The translations under genes and the position numbers were made by a program. A stretch of DNA of 62,780 nucleotides, the filler included. It is 13 parts of 13 records of this genome, joined end to end, with 100 filler letters (N's around TTAATTAATTAA, not from the genome) between each part and the next. Parts side by side here need not be neighbours in the genome. Positions count along the whole stretch, not along the records: positions 22,128 to 25,720 come from SRR7504441_10054; positions 25,821 to 30,554 come from SRR7504441_10055; positions 30,655 to 33,899 come from SRR7504441_10056; positions 34,000 to 39,020 come from SRR7504441_10057; 9 more parts are not named here. The stretch is one strand, 5' to 3'. The notes under the pieces were generated by a model. The model was given only the letters and a program-made list of their open reading frames with translations, did no database searches and was not told the DNA's origin. Shown piece by piece: positions 25,624 through 37,208 of the stretch (its first letter is position 1; every line of letters begins with the position of its first letter).

Positions 25624-25820
25624 GGGAAAGTGCATGCATGCAAGTATGATTGTCTCCTACTGCGTAATTGATTAGTCAAAGATCTGCACATTTAAGCGCA
25701 CAAGCTGTCTTTATTCACTCNNNNNNNNNNNNNNNNNNNNNNNNNNNNNNNNNNNNNNNNNNNNTTAATTAATTAANNNNNNNNNNNNNNNNNNNNNNNN
25801 NNNNNNNNNNNNNNNNNNNN

Positions 25821-26239
25821 CCCCCCCCCCCCCCCCCCCCCCCCACACACACCCGGACGAACAGATCGAACAGCTCGCGGTCGGCCTGCTCATAGTCGGC
25901 CGGCCCGCCTGCGCCAGTCGTCGGCCTGCCCGGGCGGCGGCTCGACCTGCGGTGCGCAGCGTCGCGCAGAACTCTAGGAAGTTGATCTGGCTGTGCCCTG
26001 GCGGCCCGGCTGGCGGCCCGGCTGGCCAGGCGGGCGGACCTATGTCGGCCTGGAGCCCGCCCACCGCGCAGGCTAGGTTGCCCCGCTCCTGCGACGGCCG
26101 CCTCCTGCCGACGTCGACGAAGCTCACTGCGCCGGCCCGGTCAGCTGGGTGGGGGCTGGGCGGCACAGCTGCTCTCGTCCTGCACACGGAGTGCGTACGC
26201 CGAGTCCTGCCACGTCGAGTCCTCCCAGCCCTCGAACAT
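25821..26239 (-). CDS. 5' part of a putative EF-hand-like protein, truncated
   Basis: MFEGWEDSTWQDSAY.. joins through three GT..CAG introns to GHSQINFLEFCATL and DYEQADRELFDLF. Confidence 0.5.
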
Positions 26240-26342
26240 CCGCCCGGCGCCGGCCCAATCGCCGCGGGCCCTGAGAGCAGCCCACTGCGATTCGTGCAGA
26301 GACAATTTCGCTCTGCCGTTGTCGGATCATAACGGAAGTTCG

Positions 26343-26853
26343 ATGGAGCAGGCTCAGGACGAGCCCGACGCCGACGGGGTGTCTGGGGAGGAGGAGTTCG
26401 GAGAGGGGGAGGAGGAGTTCGGCGAGGAGGACGAGGAGTTTGACGAGGAGGAGAGCGCATTGCCCGAGTTGGCGGCGGTCCCCCAGGCACCCCGGGCCGG
26501 CGGCCGTTGAATCGAGCCGTCGGTGCAGAAACTGGTGCAGTTGCTCCGGCTGGCGGCCGACTACGTGGACAAGCTGGGGGCCGAGCCGCCTGCCCAGCCG
26601 GCGGAGGTGCAGGAGCTGGCGTTCGAGTTCTTCACGGGAGTCCGGGTGACCTCGGGCCGGGACGGGAGCCGAGACGGGGGGGCAGGACATCCGGACAGCT
26701 CTGTGCGCCGAGGCCGAGGGGCTGGTGGGGGGCGAGCGGCCGCCCACCCGGTCGCTGTATACCAACAGGATCGAGTTGGAAGGTCGCCGGGCATGCGCTG
26801 CGCTAGTGCGCGACCGGCTGGCCGAGATAGTCGCCTCGCTGCCTAAGAGCTAG
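26343..26853 (+). CDS. MED11: Mediator subunit 11-like protein with acidic N-terminus, 2 introns
   Basis: Spliced KLVQLLRLAADYVDKL..LAFEFFTGVR|DIRTALCAEA..RSLYTNRIELE..LVRDRLAEI resembles the MED11 helical pattern as recalled. Confidence 0.6.
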
Positions 26854-27076
26854 CACAGGCGGGCGGAAGCGACCGGTCGTCTGGACCACATATTATAGCG
26901 TATTGGCTTGAGCGGTATTGAGCGGTGTGGTCTTAATTCGAGTTCGGATTCGGCGTGCCGAGCTTGCCCAGGCACAATATTTACGCGCGTACGTACTCTC
27001 ACGAGTAAGTACGTATTCATGATCGTAGAATCGTGGGCTTTATGCACGGCACAGTATGGGCTTGAGGATCTCGTCG

Positions 27077-27966
27077 TCATCGCGGCCGCGGTAGAACATT
27101 AGCCGGGATAGGGCTGAATCTAGGTGGGACCACGCCAATGTTCGGTTGCCTGCCGCCCCTGCCGTCAGCGAAGCAGTCCGAGGAGCAGCCGTCCGGGGCA
27201 CTCACCAGGCCATGCCAGGGATCAGCTGCGGTTGATGTACCGACGGAATCAGCTGAGGCTGCACGTGCATGCCAACCACTGCCCCCGCAGGCTCGCCACT
27301 CGCCCACCAGCCGGCCACCTGGCATCGGGCGGCCGGAGTACATGTGCTGCTGTATCGGGCGACCCAGCATCGCCCCCATGTGTTGCTGCCCAGCACCTGG
27401 GTCGATCCCGGCCTGCTGCTCAACCATCACACGGGCTGCCTAGCCAGCGCGCACCCGGCCAGCCAGCTCCTCCCCCGCGGTGGCCAGCGGCTTCTTCATT
27501 TGTTGCAGCTGGGCCTCCTGGACCCGCCGGGTCCGCGGGAGCGCCACGGAGGGGGGGACCTTGGCCTGCAGCTCCTCGAGCTGCTGCCGCTCGGCCTGCT
27601 TCTGGGCCTCCTCACCCTTGAGGATCTGCTTGAGCTGCAGAAAGTACGAATGCTTGGCCGAGTGCAGCTCCGTCAGCTTGTCTGTCAGCACTTTAATCTC
27701 GGCCGCCCGCTCCTCGGCGCTCAGCTGCTCCTGCTGCTCCTTGGCCGCCATCTTCTCCTGCTCCTCCTCCTGCTCCAGCCGGGCTCGCTTACGGTCCTCC
27801 CACTCCTCGCGCGCCTTGCTCTCCTGCTCCCCTGGCTGGCTCCGGCCGGCGCTCGGGGCACCGCGGCCTCGTCGGCGGCCTGCCGCTTGTGCAGCAACGC
27901 CCGGATCTTGGCCTGCTTCTCCTGGTCCAGCGGTGCCCGCCGCCAGGTCCGGTTTGTCTTCTTCAT
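27077..27966 (-). CDS. GPS2-like coiled-coil protein with low-complexity C-terminus
   Basis: LSAEERAAEIKVLTDKLTELHSAKHSYFLQLKQILKGEE resembles the GPS2 motif L.EEKHQLFLQLKKVLHEEE. Confidence 0.5.
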
Positions 27967-28039
27967 TGCCCAGCCACACCCCCTAGCCTTGCCCTTCTCC
28001 GGGTGGGCTTCGCTTCAAGGGCGTGCCGTCCGTTGAGAA

Positions 28040-29122
28040 ATGGCCCAGCTCGCTGTATCGAGAGCTCTCTGGGCCCTGCTCTCGATCTGCTGCGGAGTCG
28101 CAGCCGGGGAGGAGTACGCTCTGCGGCTCCGGCCAGCCCCGGCCTTGGAGCACCAGTTGTACCGGAACACCTCGCTGTCCAGCTGGGGCGGCAACGTAGT
28201 CAAGGGCGACCCAGACGACCCGCACGCCTACCACCTGTTTGCGGCGGCGTTTACCAACGGATGCGGCCTCTCCGGCTGGCAGAGCAACTCAGTGGTGGTG
28301 CATGCTGTCGCGGACAGCCCAACGGGCCCGTTCGCTTACCACGACACGGCCCTGCCTCCGTGGCACCACTGCCCGCAGATGATTCGAGCGCCCGACGGTA
28401 CTTGGCTCATCTACAGCATGGGCCGCACGAACGCCTCGAGTGCCCTCCCCTGCAAAGACCACTCGCCCGTGGGCCCGGCCAGGAAGCAGCAGCTGCGGGT
28501 CGAAGTGCACTACTCGCCCTCGCTCTACGGGCCCTGGACATTGCTCCGCCCATCGCCAGACACGTACGACGGTGCCATCGGGGCGTTCAATGGAAACCCG
28601 GCACCGATTTTCCTGCCGAACGGGTCTGTGGTGGTCGTGGGCACCGGCTTCGGGGACTCACTGGCTGTTGCTGTCGCTGATGATTGGCGTGGCCCGTACC
28701 GACCTTGGATGGGCTGCAGAGGATTGCCGGAACCAAAGCCCGATAACAAGGGAGCGAACGTCACGAGGGATGGCTGCATGCCTTTTGTCGGGCGGGGGAA
28801 CTACGAGGATCCTGTTGTCTGGTGGGATGCCCGTGCGCAACGCTTCAAGCTCCTAATGCACCAGTATGCGGGTGGGCTGCCGGTGGGCGGCTATGCCGAG
28901 AGCGAGACTGAGGATTTCTTCGGCGGCTGGAGGTATGACAGTGCAGTTGCAGGCTACAACACTAGCGTTGCGCTCGAAGACGGGACGGGCATCGTGCTAC
29001 AGAGGAGGGAACGCCCCAAAGTGTTCTTGGAGGGCGGCGTCGCCAAGTACCTCTACAACGGCGTTTGCCACACCGACAACAACGCCGATTGCTTCACGTT
29101 CGTGCAAGAGATCGCTACCTAG
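28040..29122 (+). CDS. Secreted five-bladed beta-propeller glycoside hydrolase (GH43/62/32/68-like superfamily), intronless
   Basis: Signal peptide; SSWGGNVV, YHLF, CGL..W..NS.VVHAVADSPTGPF, NGNP, YEDPVVW and RRERPKV. Confidence 0.8.
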   Translation: MAQLAVSRALWALLSICCGVAAGEEYALRLRPAPALEHQLYRNTSLSSWGGNVVKGDPDDPHAYHLFAAAFTNGCGLSGWQSNSVVVHAVADSPTGPFAYHDTALPPWHHCPQMIRAPDGTWLIYSMGRTNASSALPCKDHSPVGPARKQQLRVEVHYSPSLYGPWTLLRPSPDTYDGAIGAFNGNPAPIFLPNGSVVVVGTGFGDSLAVAVADDWRGPYRPWMGCRGLPEPKPDNKGANVTRDGCMPFVGRGNYEDPVVWWDARAQRFKLLMHQYAGGLPVGGYAESETEDFFGGWRYDSAVAGYNTSVALEDGTGIVLQRRERPKVFLEGGVAKYLYNGVCHTDNNADCFTFVQEIAT

Positions 29123-29225
29123 TTAGCTAACTGTGTATAGTAGAGCCATGTGCCTTTTAAACATACATTTATTCGTTGATTCGCTAGTCGCGATGTTGTG
29201 GCTCTGTGGCTGTGGGTTGCGCCCA

Positions 29226-30386
29226 TTACTTACCTCCAAGGAATTGGGACCATAGTGTCGCAAGCTTAGCCTTTGTCTCGTCAAGCTCTGCTTGCAGTTC
29301 GCTGTTCTTTTTGTCAAGCTCAGTCGCTGCAGCTGCCTTTGACTTTTCGGTTGCTAGCTCCTTTTCCATGGCACTGCAACGTTCCTGCTCAGCATCGACA
29401 CAAGCTTGCAGCATTTTGGCACGCGATTCTGCATCCTCTTTGAGCTTGTCCATCTCGCTCTGAGCATTCTCCGAAAGATATGTAGCCTCCTGTGCCTTGG
29501 TCTGCTCTGCAGAAAGTAGTCCTCTTACAGACTCGAGTTCTTGCTCTGAAAGCCTGAGCTTGGCTTCCAACTTGGTCACCTCTGCCTGTAGTTTCTCCGT
29601 CGCTGCAGCTGCATCTGCCTTCGCTTTTGCAAGCTGGGCGTCTGCTGCTTCTGACTGCCCTTGCTTGTTTGCCTCAGCATCCTGCCGAGACTTTTCTAGC
29701 TCTGCTGTGAGCTCACCTATGTTTCCCTCTGCAGCTACTGTTTCTGCCATGATCTTTTCCACCTCTGCTTCCTTCTCCGCAACTTTAGCTTGCGCGGTTT
29801 CAAGCTGCTTTTGCAATTCAAGGACTTGATCCGCCAGCTGTGTTTGCTGCTCCTTGGCACGGTTGTTGTCAGCCTCCTTGTCATCCTCTTGTTTGCGCAG
29901 GTCTCGCTTCATCTTACTGAGCTCCGCCCGAGCGTCATCACGGTCCTGAGAGAGGGCGTCCATATCCCTAACTTTCGACCATTCAAGCTCTGCGATATCT
30001 TTTTTCAGTTGAGCAATTTCAGCATTCAGCTCTTCCACCTTTATCTCGGCCAGCCCGCGCCCTTCAGGTACTGGAGCCGGAAGCCCCATTTCAGCTCCAG
30101 CTGCACGGGCCTTCACATCAATTCCCTCATAGCACGTCATTCCTGAGCGATTCCGAATATTGGGATCTGCTCCTGCCTTCAGCAAGGTTTCGCCGAGCTT
30201 TTTGAACCCATAAGCAATGCAGAAGTGCAGGGCTGTGTTGCCCTGCCCATTCTGAAGGTTGACATTGCAGCCCGATTTAATCAGGAACTTCGATACCTTG
30301 TATTTCCCGTTCTGCGCTCCCACCATCAGAGGCGTGTTGCCGAACTTGTCCCGGCCATCCACGGCGACGCCTTTGCACAGAAGCTC
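29226..30386 (-). CDS. Ankyrin-repeat plus long coiled-coil protein, 5'-partial
   Basis: DKFGNTPLMVGAQNG and NGQGNTALHFCIAYG ankyrin repeats, then about 270 aa of coiled coil. Confidence 0.8.
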   Translation of the reverse strand, partial: ELLCKGVAVDGRDKFGNTPLMVGAQNGKYKVSKFLIKSGCNVNLQNGQGNTALHFCIAYGFKKLGETLLKAGADPNIRNRSGMTCYEGIDVKARAAGAEMGLPAPVPEGRGLAEIKVEELNAEIAQLKKDIAELEWSKVRDMDALSQDRDDARAELSKMKRDLRKQEDDKEADNNRAKEQQTQLADQVLELQKQLETAQAKVAEKEAEVEKIMAETVAAEGNIGELTAELEKSRQDAEANKQGQSEAADAQLAKAKADAAAATEKLQAEVTKLEAKLRLSEQELESVRGLLSAEQTKAQEATYLSENAQSEMDKLKEDAESRAKMLQACVDAEQERCSAMEKELATEKSKAAAATELDKKNSELQAELDETKAKLATLWSQFLGGK

Positions 30387-30671
30387 CTGGTGGCGGATGT
30401 ACCACTGGGCTTACGTGAGTGTGTGTGATGACCGCGTGTACGATTATTTCTTCGATGATGTTGATGGGGAGGAGCTTTGCGTATGGGCTTATGGTAGTCA
30501 GGGACAGGTGAATTGGACATTGCTAGGCGTCTCGGAGTGGTGGTGCGACACCCTNNNNNNNNNNNNNNNNNNNNNNNNNNNNNNNNNNNNNNNNNNNNTT
30601 AATTAATTAANNNNNNNNNNNNNNNNNNNNNNNNNNNNNNNNNNNNNNNNNNNNCAGCACAAGGCGCTGCT

Positions 30672-33600
30672 TTAGTCGATCCAATAGCTGGTTCCGTGCT
30701 CCTGCAAGCGTATAGCCAGTCAGATCGCAGGCAGTTCATCCCTTGACCTTATTGTATTCTACGAGCTTGAGTTTCATAAACTCTTCGGCTTCCTCCTTTT
30801 GCCCGGCTGACAGCAGTGCCGCCACCCGCTTTTCAGTCTGGGCCATCCGGTGTCAGACCGAGCCAGCCAGCCACTGACCTCTCCAAACATCTTCTGCTTG
30901 AGTGCGAGCGAGGACTGCTCGAGCACTGCAGTCCAGCCCTCCTTGAAGGTCATGAACTGGTCCTGATTCATGACTGCCTGAGCGCACTCATACTGCTTGT
31001 TCAGCAGATGTTCAGCAACCTGGCAACAAGTCAGTTGGGCCCGGCACCCAGCCAACCTCGTCAGGGATCTCTCGGACCAGCATGTCAACGGCGGGCAGCC
31101 CGTCCTCTCCTGCCTCCAGCCACTGCTTCCGGGCTGCCTGGAGCATGCTGGCCATCTCAGCCTGCTGATCTTTAGCCAGGAGCGGCATCATCTTCTTCTG
31201 CGAGCTCGTGAGCAGCTGCTGCTTGTCGGCCAGTGAGTCCATTGTCTCCATCTCAGCGTGGTCCTCCAAAAAGACCAGCAGCTGATCTGGCCGGAGTATC
31301 TTCTCGGCCGCCAGCCTCCGATGCTGGAGCAGATACTCCATCATGCTCTGCGTGGCGGATGTCTTCTGTTCCACCTGCTTCTTCTGCAGCCCCCAGCTCA
31401 GCCTGGGCTAGCTTGCCGGCGCACCGCCTCGCGCAGCTCCTTGGCTGGGCCGTCGGCTTGCTCCAGCTGTTCTGCGGCTTGCTTGAGTGTGCTCTCGATC
31501 TCCTCCGCCTTGGCCGCTTGCTGCTCGATTGCTTGCAGCAGCAGCTGGTCGAGCCGCGACGTGCCAGCAAGAGGCAGCTGTTCGCCCATCGTCTTGAGCA
31601 GCGCGGCTTGCTTTTGCTGCGTGTGCCCACAGATGCGGCGGAGCACCTGCCTCTCCAATCGGCCACAACCTCATGCCAAGCGAGCACCGACGGCAGGATG
31701 GACCGAGTGTCGTCCATTGCATCAACGTGTGTGGTCCTGAACAGCTGGGCCACGAACCGATGCACCATTGGCAGGTTGAGATCAGCAATCCCGCCCAGTC
31801 CAAAACCCTCCTGCAAGCCGGCTTAGCTCTACCCAGCTGCTGCACGGTGCACCCCCGCTGCGTGCAAGTCCACTTCCTCGGCTAGAGCCTCGCCGGCGAT
31901 CTTTTCAACGTCAACTTCCAGGCTCTTGTACTCAAACTGCCCGCCTGGCTGAGCAGCCGGTGCCCTGCAGTCTACCTTGGGCAGTGGGGTGAAGAGCCCG
32001 CGCTTGAGCATGGCACGCAAGTTTGGCTGGAGACCTCCCAGATCGTACGGGTTGCCTACAAAACCGTTCTGGGCGTGCGGCATCAGGTATGGGTAGCGGA
32101 AGCCATTCATCCGCTCGTTGGTTGTGAGGTTGACCTTGATGTTGCCCATTTGGAATAACGTGAGCTGGAGAGCCATCAGGCAGCAGAGAACTTGGAAGAC
32201 AGTCAGGTACAGCACGCTCGGGTGCTGGCTGTTCATGGCGACCAGGTTAGGCCCGATCGGGAAGATCGACGAGGCGCCAATCTGGGCGAGCAGCCAGCCG
32301 CCGAGCAGGTAGATCGCGATGATGTGGCTAATGAACTCTGTGACACACCAACCGACAAACGGTAGGTAGTTGCAATGCCCGACCGCGTTGTTGCACCACG
32401 GACAGAAGTGGTCAAACTCGGCCACGCAGCAGTTCATCACCGAGTCGTGCTTGGACCGGATCGGCTTACGAATCATGCAAGTTGTGCACAGGCCTGACCA
32501 CAATCAGCCGCCTCCAGATGAGCCAATCACCTTCGAGCGACACGCCCCGCTCCCCTGCCATCAGACAGTCCCTGTAATCCTGCCAGAACCGATCGCCGAT
32601 CCAGCCCGGCCAGCTGCTACCCGCTCGCTGTGGGGTATCACTCCAGGGTCGGTGTACGAGGCACCGCAAAAGCAAACAACCATCAGCACCGTGTTAGACA
32701 CAAAGATCAGCATCAGCAGCGGGTGCGCTCCCCCCAAACCCACCTGCGCCGGCTGGCCTGTGGCCGGCGGCCGGGTTGTACCGTGTTGAGCAGGGTTCCG
32801 TAGGTGTAGACAAGGCACGAAATGTAGAACGTATGCATGATCGGGTTTGCCTTGATCTGCAGCCCAAGTGAGCTCGAGCCTGTGAGGCAACCGACCTTGG
32901 CCCCCTTCTTGGGCATCAGCGCATTGCCCACTACTGTCATCATGATCCCACTGGCAGCCACTGACAGATACCAAGGCAGCTGCCCGAACAAGTAGAACAT
33001 GGTCGGCGTCGCCACCATCGGAGCCGCCACGTCGGTGAACTTGAGCAATTCATTCGGCCGTTTGAAGCCAGTCATCAGCCATGGCCCCAGCTCGGCCTTC
33101 ACCCCTTTCTTGTCCGTATTCAGCGCCTGCCACCCGCTCAGCAGCCGCGCCTGCTCGCCCGTCACCCGCGCAATCTTTTCATGCCCTTTGGCCTTGGCCA
33201 GCGCCGCCGGTGTCTCTCCGCCGGACTCAAACGCGTGCAAGTCGGATCCGTTATCTGCCGGCCTGGGCTCAGGCCGGTCCAGGGGGTCAGCACCAGCCAG
33301 GAAGAAGCAGTTGGTGCTGAATCCGTTGATCGCGCTCAGATGCAGCGGAGTGCGCCGTTCGCAATCGACCTGTCCGCACAGCTGGCGGCGGGAGAGCCCA
33401 GCCCGCACCTCGTCGCACTGGGACCCGGCGCTGATCAGGGTCTGCATGGTGAAGATCGAGCTGTGGTTGCTCGCCGCGTGGTGGAGCGCCGTGTACCCAT
33501 GTGCGTCCCGAGCCGCTGGATCGGCCCCGAGTGCCAGGAGCACCTGAGCCGGTCAGCCCAGGGTGCGAGGCTGGCCCAGCCACCTTGGTAACGTCGAGCG

Positions 33601-33899
33601 CCTTGTCGCCCAGTCGGCAAGACCAGTGCAGAGGGGTCTCGGACACAGCGTTCGAACCGGCGCTTCCCCCCGGCTGGACCGGTGGGGCTGGATGGGCACA
33701 CCTGTTGACGCTGGCCCCAGCGTAGACTAGCGCTTGGATCGTCTTCACTTCGCCCGCGTGGACGGCCCGGTGCATCGGGAGCAGACCTTGAATTCGGCCG
33801 ATTAACCTCTAGCCGGCCCGCACGCGCACCCCAATGGTCGGGCTGGTTCGGATCGGCCGCCCCCGATTCGATCAGCTGAAGCGCCACCTGCCCAGCACT
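30672..33899 (-). CDS. AKR1: Ankyrin-repeat DHHC-family palmitoyltransferase (Akr1/ZDHHC13-17 type, DHFC variant) with long helical C-terminal extension; 5'-partial, many introns
   Basis: Ankyrins (ETPLHWSC, GYTALHHAA, RTPLHLSA), YTDPG, CTTCMIRKPIRSKHD..FDHFCPWCNNAVG, TTNE and NPYDLG. Introns link onward to ..EYNK|EHGTSYWID*. Confidence 0.85.
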
Positions 33900-34303
33900 N
33901 NNNNNNNNNNNNNNNNNNNNNNNNNNNNNNNNNNNNNNNNNNNTTAATTAATTAANNNNNNNNNNNNNNNNNNNNNNNNNNNNNNNNNNNNNNNNNNNNA
34001 GCAGGAACGGCTTGGGACAGCCGGCCAGCCGCCGCTTGTGCAGCTGCCGGATCGGCGGGGCCATCGACTAGTAGCCAACCGGTCCCGCCATCTCCTGGGC
34101 TTCTCGGAATAGCATGATCCGACAGTGGGAGGAATACAGTAAACATAGTAGACTATAGTCTAGACGGCTCAGTATTGTAGCCGCCACTGAGGCCGAGCTC
34201 GGGGCAGCATGCTCGGGGCTAGCCGTGTTCCTATTGTATCGCGATTATTACACGCACGTGTTATGCACGCGTATGTCTGATTCTTTTATCCTCGATCACG
34301 GTG

Positions 34304-37079
34304 TCAGTCTAGACTAGTATTTCGAGGCGTGAAAAAAGAAGCTCTATCGTTATCATGCGCCGGGCGCAGCTCCGGCTGATCGGCATCCTCGCCCAAAGGA
34401 CTTACATCCACATCCGAGTCGTTAGACCCAGCACCCCAAGAAGAAGAGGTCAGTCTGGATTGCCTCGTGTATTGGAAGATGTCTTCGCTATTCCTCAGCC
34501 CAAACATTGTGCAGAACTGGTCCAGAAGGAAGGTCGAGTTCTCCAGCGGAGTCGCGCCATAGTCCGGGCTCACCTCGGAGTCGTCCAGCCCGGAATGCCG
34601 GGCCTCGTGGTCCTTGAGCAGTTTACTCAGCAGCCAGGACTGAAGGTTCCACCGTGTGATGATCCCCACAGGCCGGTCGTTGCTGGAAACAACCACCAGG
34701 TGCCTGAGTCCTAATCGAGTGAATAGTTGGTACGCACGACACAGCGGCCAGTGCTCAGGAACCTTAAACGGCGCGCTGTCCATTATCTTATCTATGAGCT
34801 CTGTCTCTTGATGCTCTTTGCTGTTCAACTCTTTGATGAGGAGCAGACCTTTGAGCGTGCCTATGCTCGAAACGACTGGGAATCCATTGTGCCCGCCCAG
34901 GCGTCCTTCGGCCTTCCGCTGCAGCACTTCGCGTTTGGTCAGCGTCTCTGCGAGTGTGACGCAATTGCGCGTCATCACAGCGCCCACGGTAATCACGGCC
35001 TGGGAGCACGTGACCCGCGGCGGCAGGAACGGAATTCCTGCTGCCTCCATCTGCGCATGGTACAGGCCTTCCGACGTGAGCAGATCCCCAACGAGCGTGG
35101 CACATATCGCGGCAGTGGCGACGTATGTTATGAGATTGAGCGTGCCAGTGGTCTCCAGCATCACCAGCGTCAGTGTGATTCTTATCCGGCCCGAGCCTGC
35201 CAGCAGGGCGGCAGCACCGAGGAGAGCAACCTGCCCAGGGTCGATGCTGCTGTCGACGTAGCTGTGCAGGAGCAAACCCACAAGCCTGCCCAAAGATCCA
35301 CCCTGCCCTGAGTGAGCACCGTCGCAGCCCAGCGGCGGAGATACCATCAGCATTCCAGGCACAAACAAACCCGTCGGAGCCGAGAGGCCCACCGACACCA
35401 CACAAAACAAGAAGTAAACAACAAAGAATATAGCAAGCGACGCCGCAGGGAACAGCATCGGCAGTCCCACTGCCACCAACTGCTTCATGCTATCGGGCCT
35501 GGCCCATAGTCAGCCCGGCACAAGCTCTGGCTCACCCGGAAGCGAGCACGAGCGTGGCGAGCGGACTGTACTGAGTCGCGTTGCACTCTGCAGACTTGTG
35601 CACTGGCATGCTGAGCAGCTGCTGCTTGTCAGCATTGTCGAATACCGGACTTGTCCAGCAGGCCAGGCAGCCCCTCCGGCTGCTTGTGGGCCCGCAGGAC
35701 GGGTGTTTGGGCTCCAATTGGATATTATCCAACTGGGCGAGGATATACTGAGGCGTGCACTTGGGCGACAGGTCGGCTTGGTGTCGGTCTGTGATGGCTT
35801 GTAGCGTCCGGTCCTGGCAGCTCCCATGCTGGGCCACTAGCACCAGGTAGAGCGTGGTCATACCCACCACCAGCACAGCCTCGGTCACCCGGCGCCAGGC
35901 TATTCCCTTGACTAGCCTCTGCCGGATCTTGGCCAGCGCCAGTGTGAGCACGTTGAACAATGTCCCAAACCCGCCTCCGAGAGCCCCAATCAGCACCGAT
36001 ACTGCAAAGCTAAGCGTGCGGCAGGCGAGCACGCGATCCATCGAGAACTCGTATAGCTCGCTCCCGTCGGAGATGTCGCTGCTGCTCAGCTGCTCGGTGA
36101 TATAGTAGGCTGCAATGCAGGCAACAAACGAATGGAACAGCAGCTTCGTGTCGAAAAAGCTAGCCGCTTCCTCCACTACGAGCATTGTGCCCGAGAGCGG
36201 CGCATTGAATGCGGCAGCCATAGCCGCACCGGCCCCGATCGCCACTGTATCTCTGTAGAGCCGGTCGCCCTGCATATCTCGCATGAACAAGAACGCTCGT
36301 GCGACCTGCTTACCCAGCCCCGCCCCGATATGGCTGCCCCCAAATGTCAGCACGCAGCAGCCAACGGCAACTCACATGATCGGGCCTTCGGGCCCCACAA
36401 ACGTCCCTGCGGCCTGCATGGCCACTGTCCCAAGCGTCTTGTTGAAGAGCACCAGCATCGAAGTGAGCAGGTGGATCTTAGTCCCATTCAGATAAGCGAT
36501 CACTTGGGGCAGCCCACTCCCGGCGATCAGCCCGCTACCCCGGGTGGTCGGCACACACACCACCAGGAGCACCGCAGCCACTACGAACGCTGCCTTGACC
36601 CCCCACAGCGCCAGGAAGAGCTCACCAGTGCTTGCCTTGCCGAGCTGGCTGTTCAGCTGCCCCAGGATGTAGCTGGCCAGCCGCACGTAGGCCTGCTTCA
36701 TGCACCACACCCAGCAGGCCACCACTATTCCAGTCCCGACGCTCATGCCCAGCCTGACCAGCCCGCGCACCACCGCCGGCCCGGGCTGCTGGCTCCGAAA
36801 GAACTGGTTCCAGGAGCGCGGATTGTGCAGGAACACAAAGTCCTGCGAGTCGTGCGCGTGGGCCGAGAACTGGGAGCAGTCCGGGTGCTGATGCTCCGAG
36901 CAGCCCGCCGCGGCCATCCTGCTCCAGCACCAGTTCCACGGCTGGGCCCGGAGGCTCGGCCGGGCGGTTGCCGAGTGGAACATGTCCAGAGCCCGACTGT
37001 GCTCATCCGGCTCGGCCGCCGCATGCCCGGGCAGCCGGTGGTATTCCTGGTCGGTTGGGTCGTCCAGCGCCACCGTCAT
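34304..37079 (-). CDS. CLC-family chloride/proton exchanger with C-terminal CBS pair
   Basis: GSGLPQ, GPEGP, AAAFNAPLSG, VVEEAAS, GLFVP, GLYH, and CBS segments HNGFPVV and LGLRHLVVV. Confidence 0.92.
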
Positions 37080-37208
37080 GCCTCACAGAGCTCTTGGCTG
37101 TCCCTGCAGCGCTGTGTGAAGCCACCGGCCGGTGCCGGCCGGGTTTTTTTTATTCGCTCTGTCGGCTCCCTGCCTGGCGCTGCCCTGCGCTGCCATTGGC
37201 ATTCCAGG

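Noticed and set aside
25821-25850. Poly-C run and CA repeat
   Set aside because: Lies at a contig end within a probable intron; likely the cause of the assembly break.
26487-26528. GC-AG intron in the MED11-like gene (similarly 6998-7037 in PKD2)
   Set aside because: An in-phase GT donor exists upstream in each case, so these were not counted as firm GC donors.
36132-37208. 704-aa ORF suggesting a long N-terminal fusion to GH54
   Set aside because: The upstream part is the antisense shadow of CLC. The signal peptide marks the real start at 37209.
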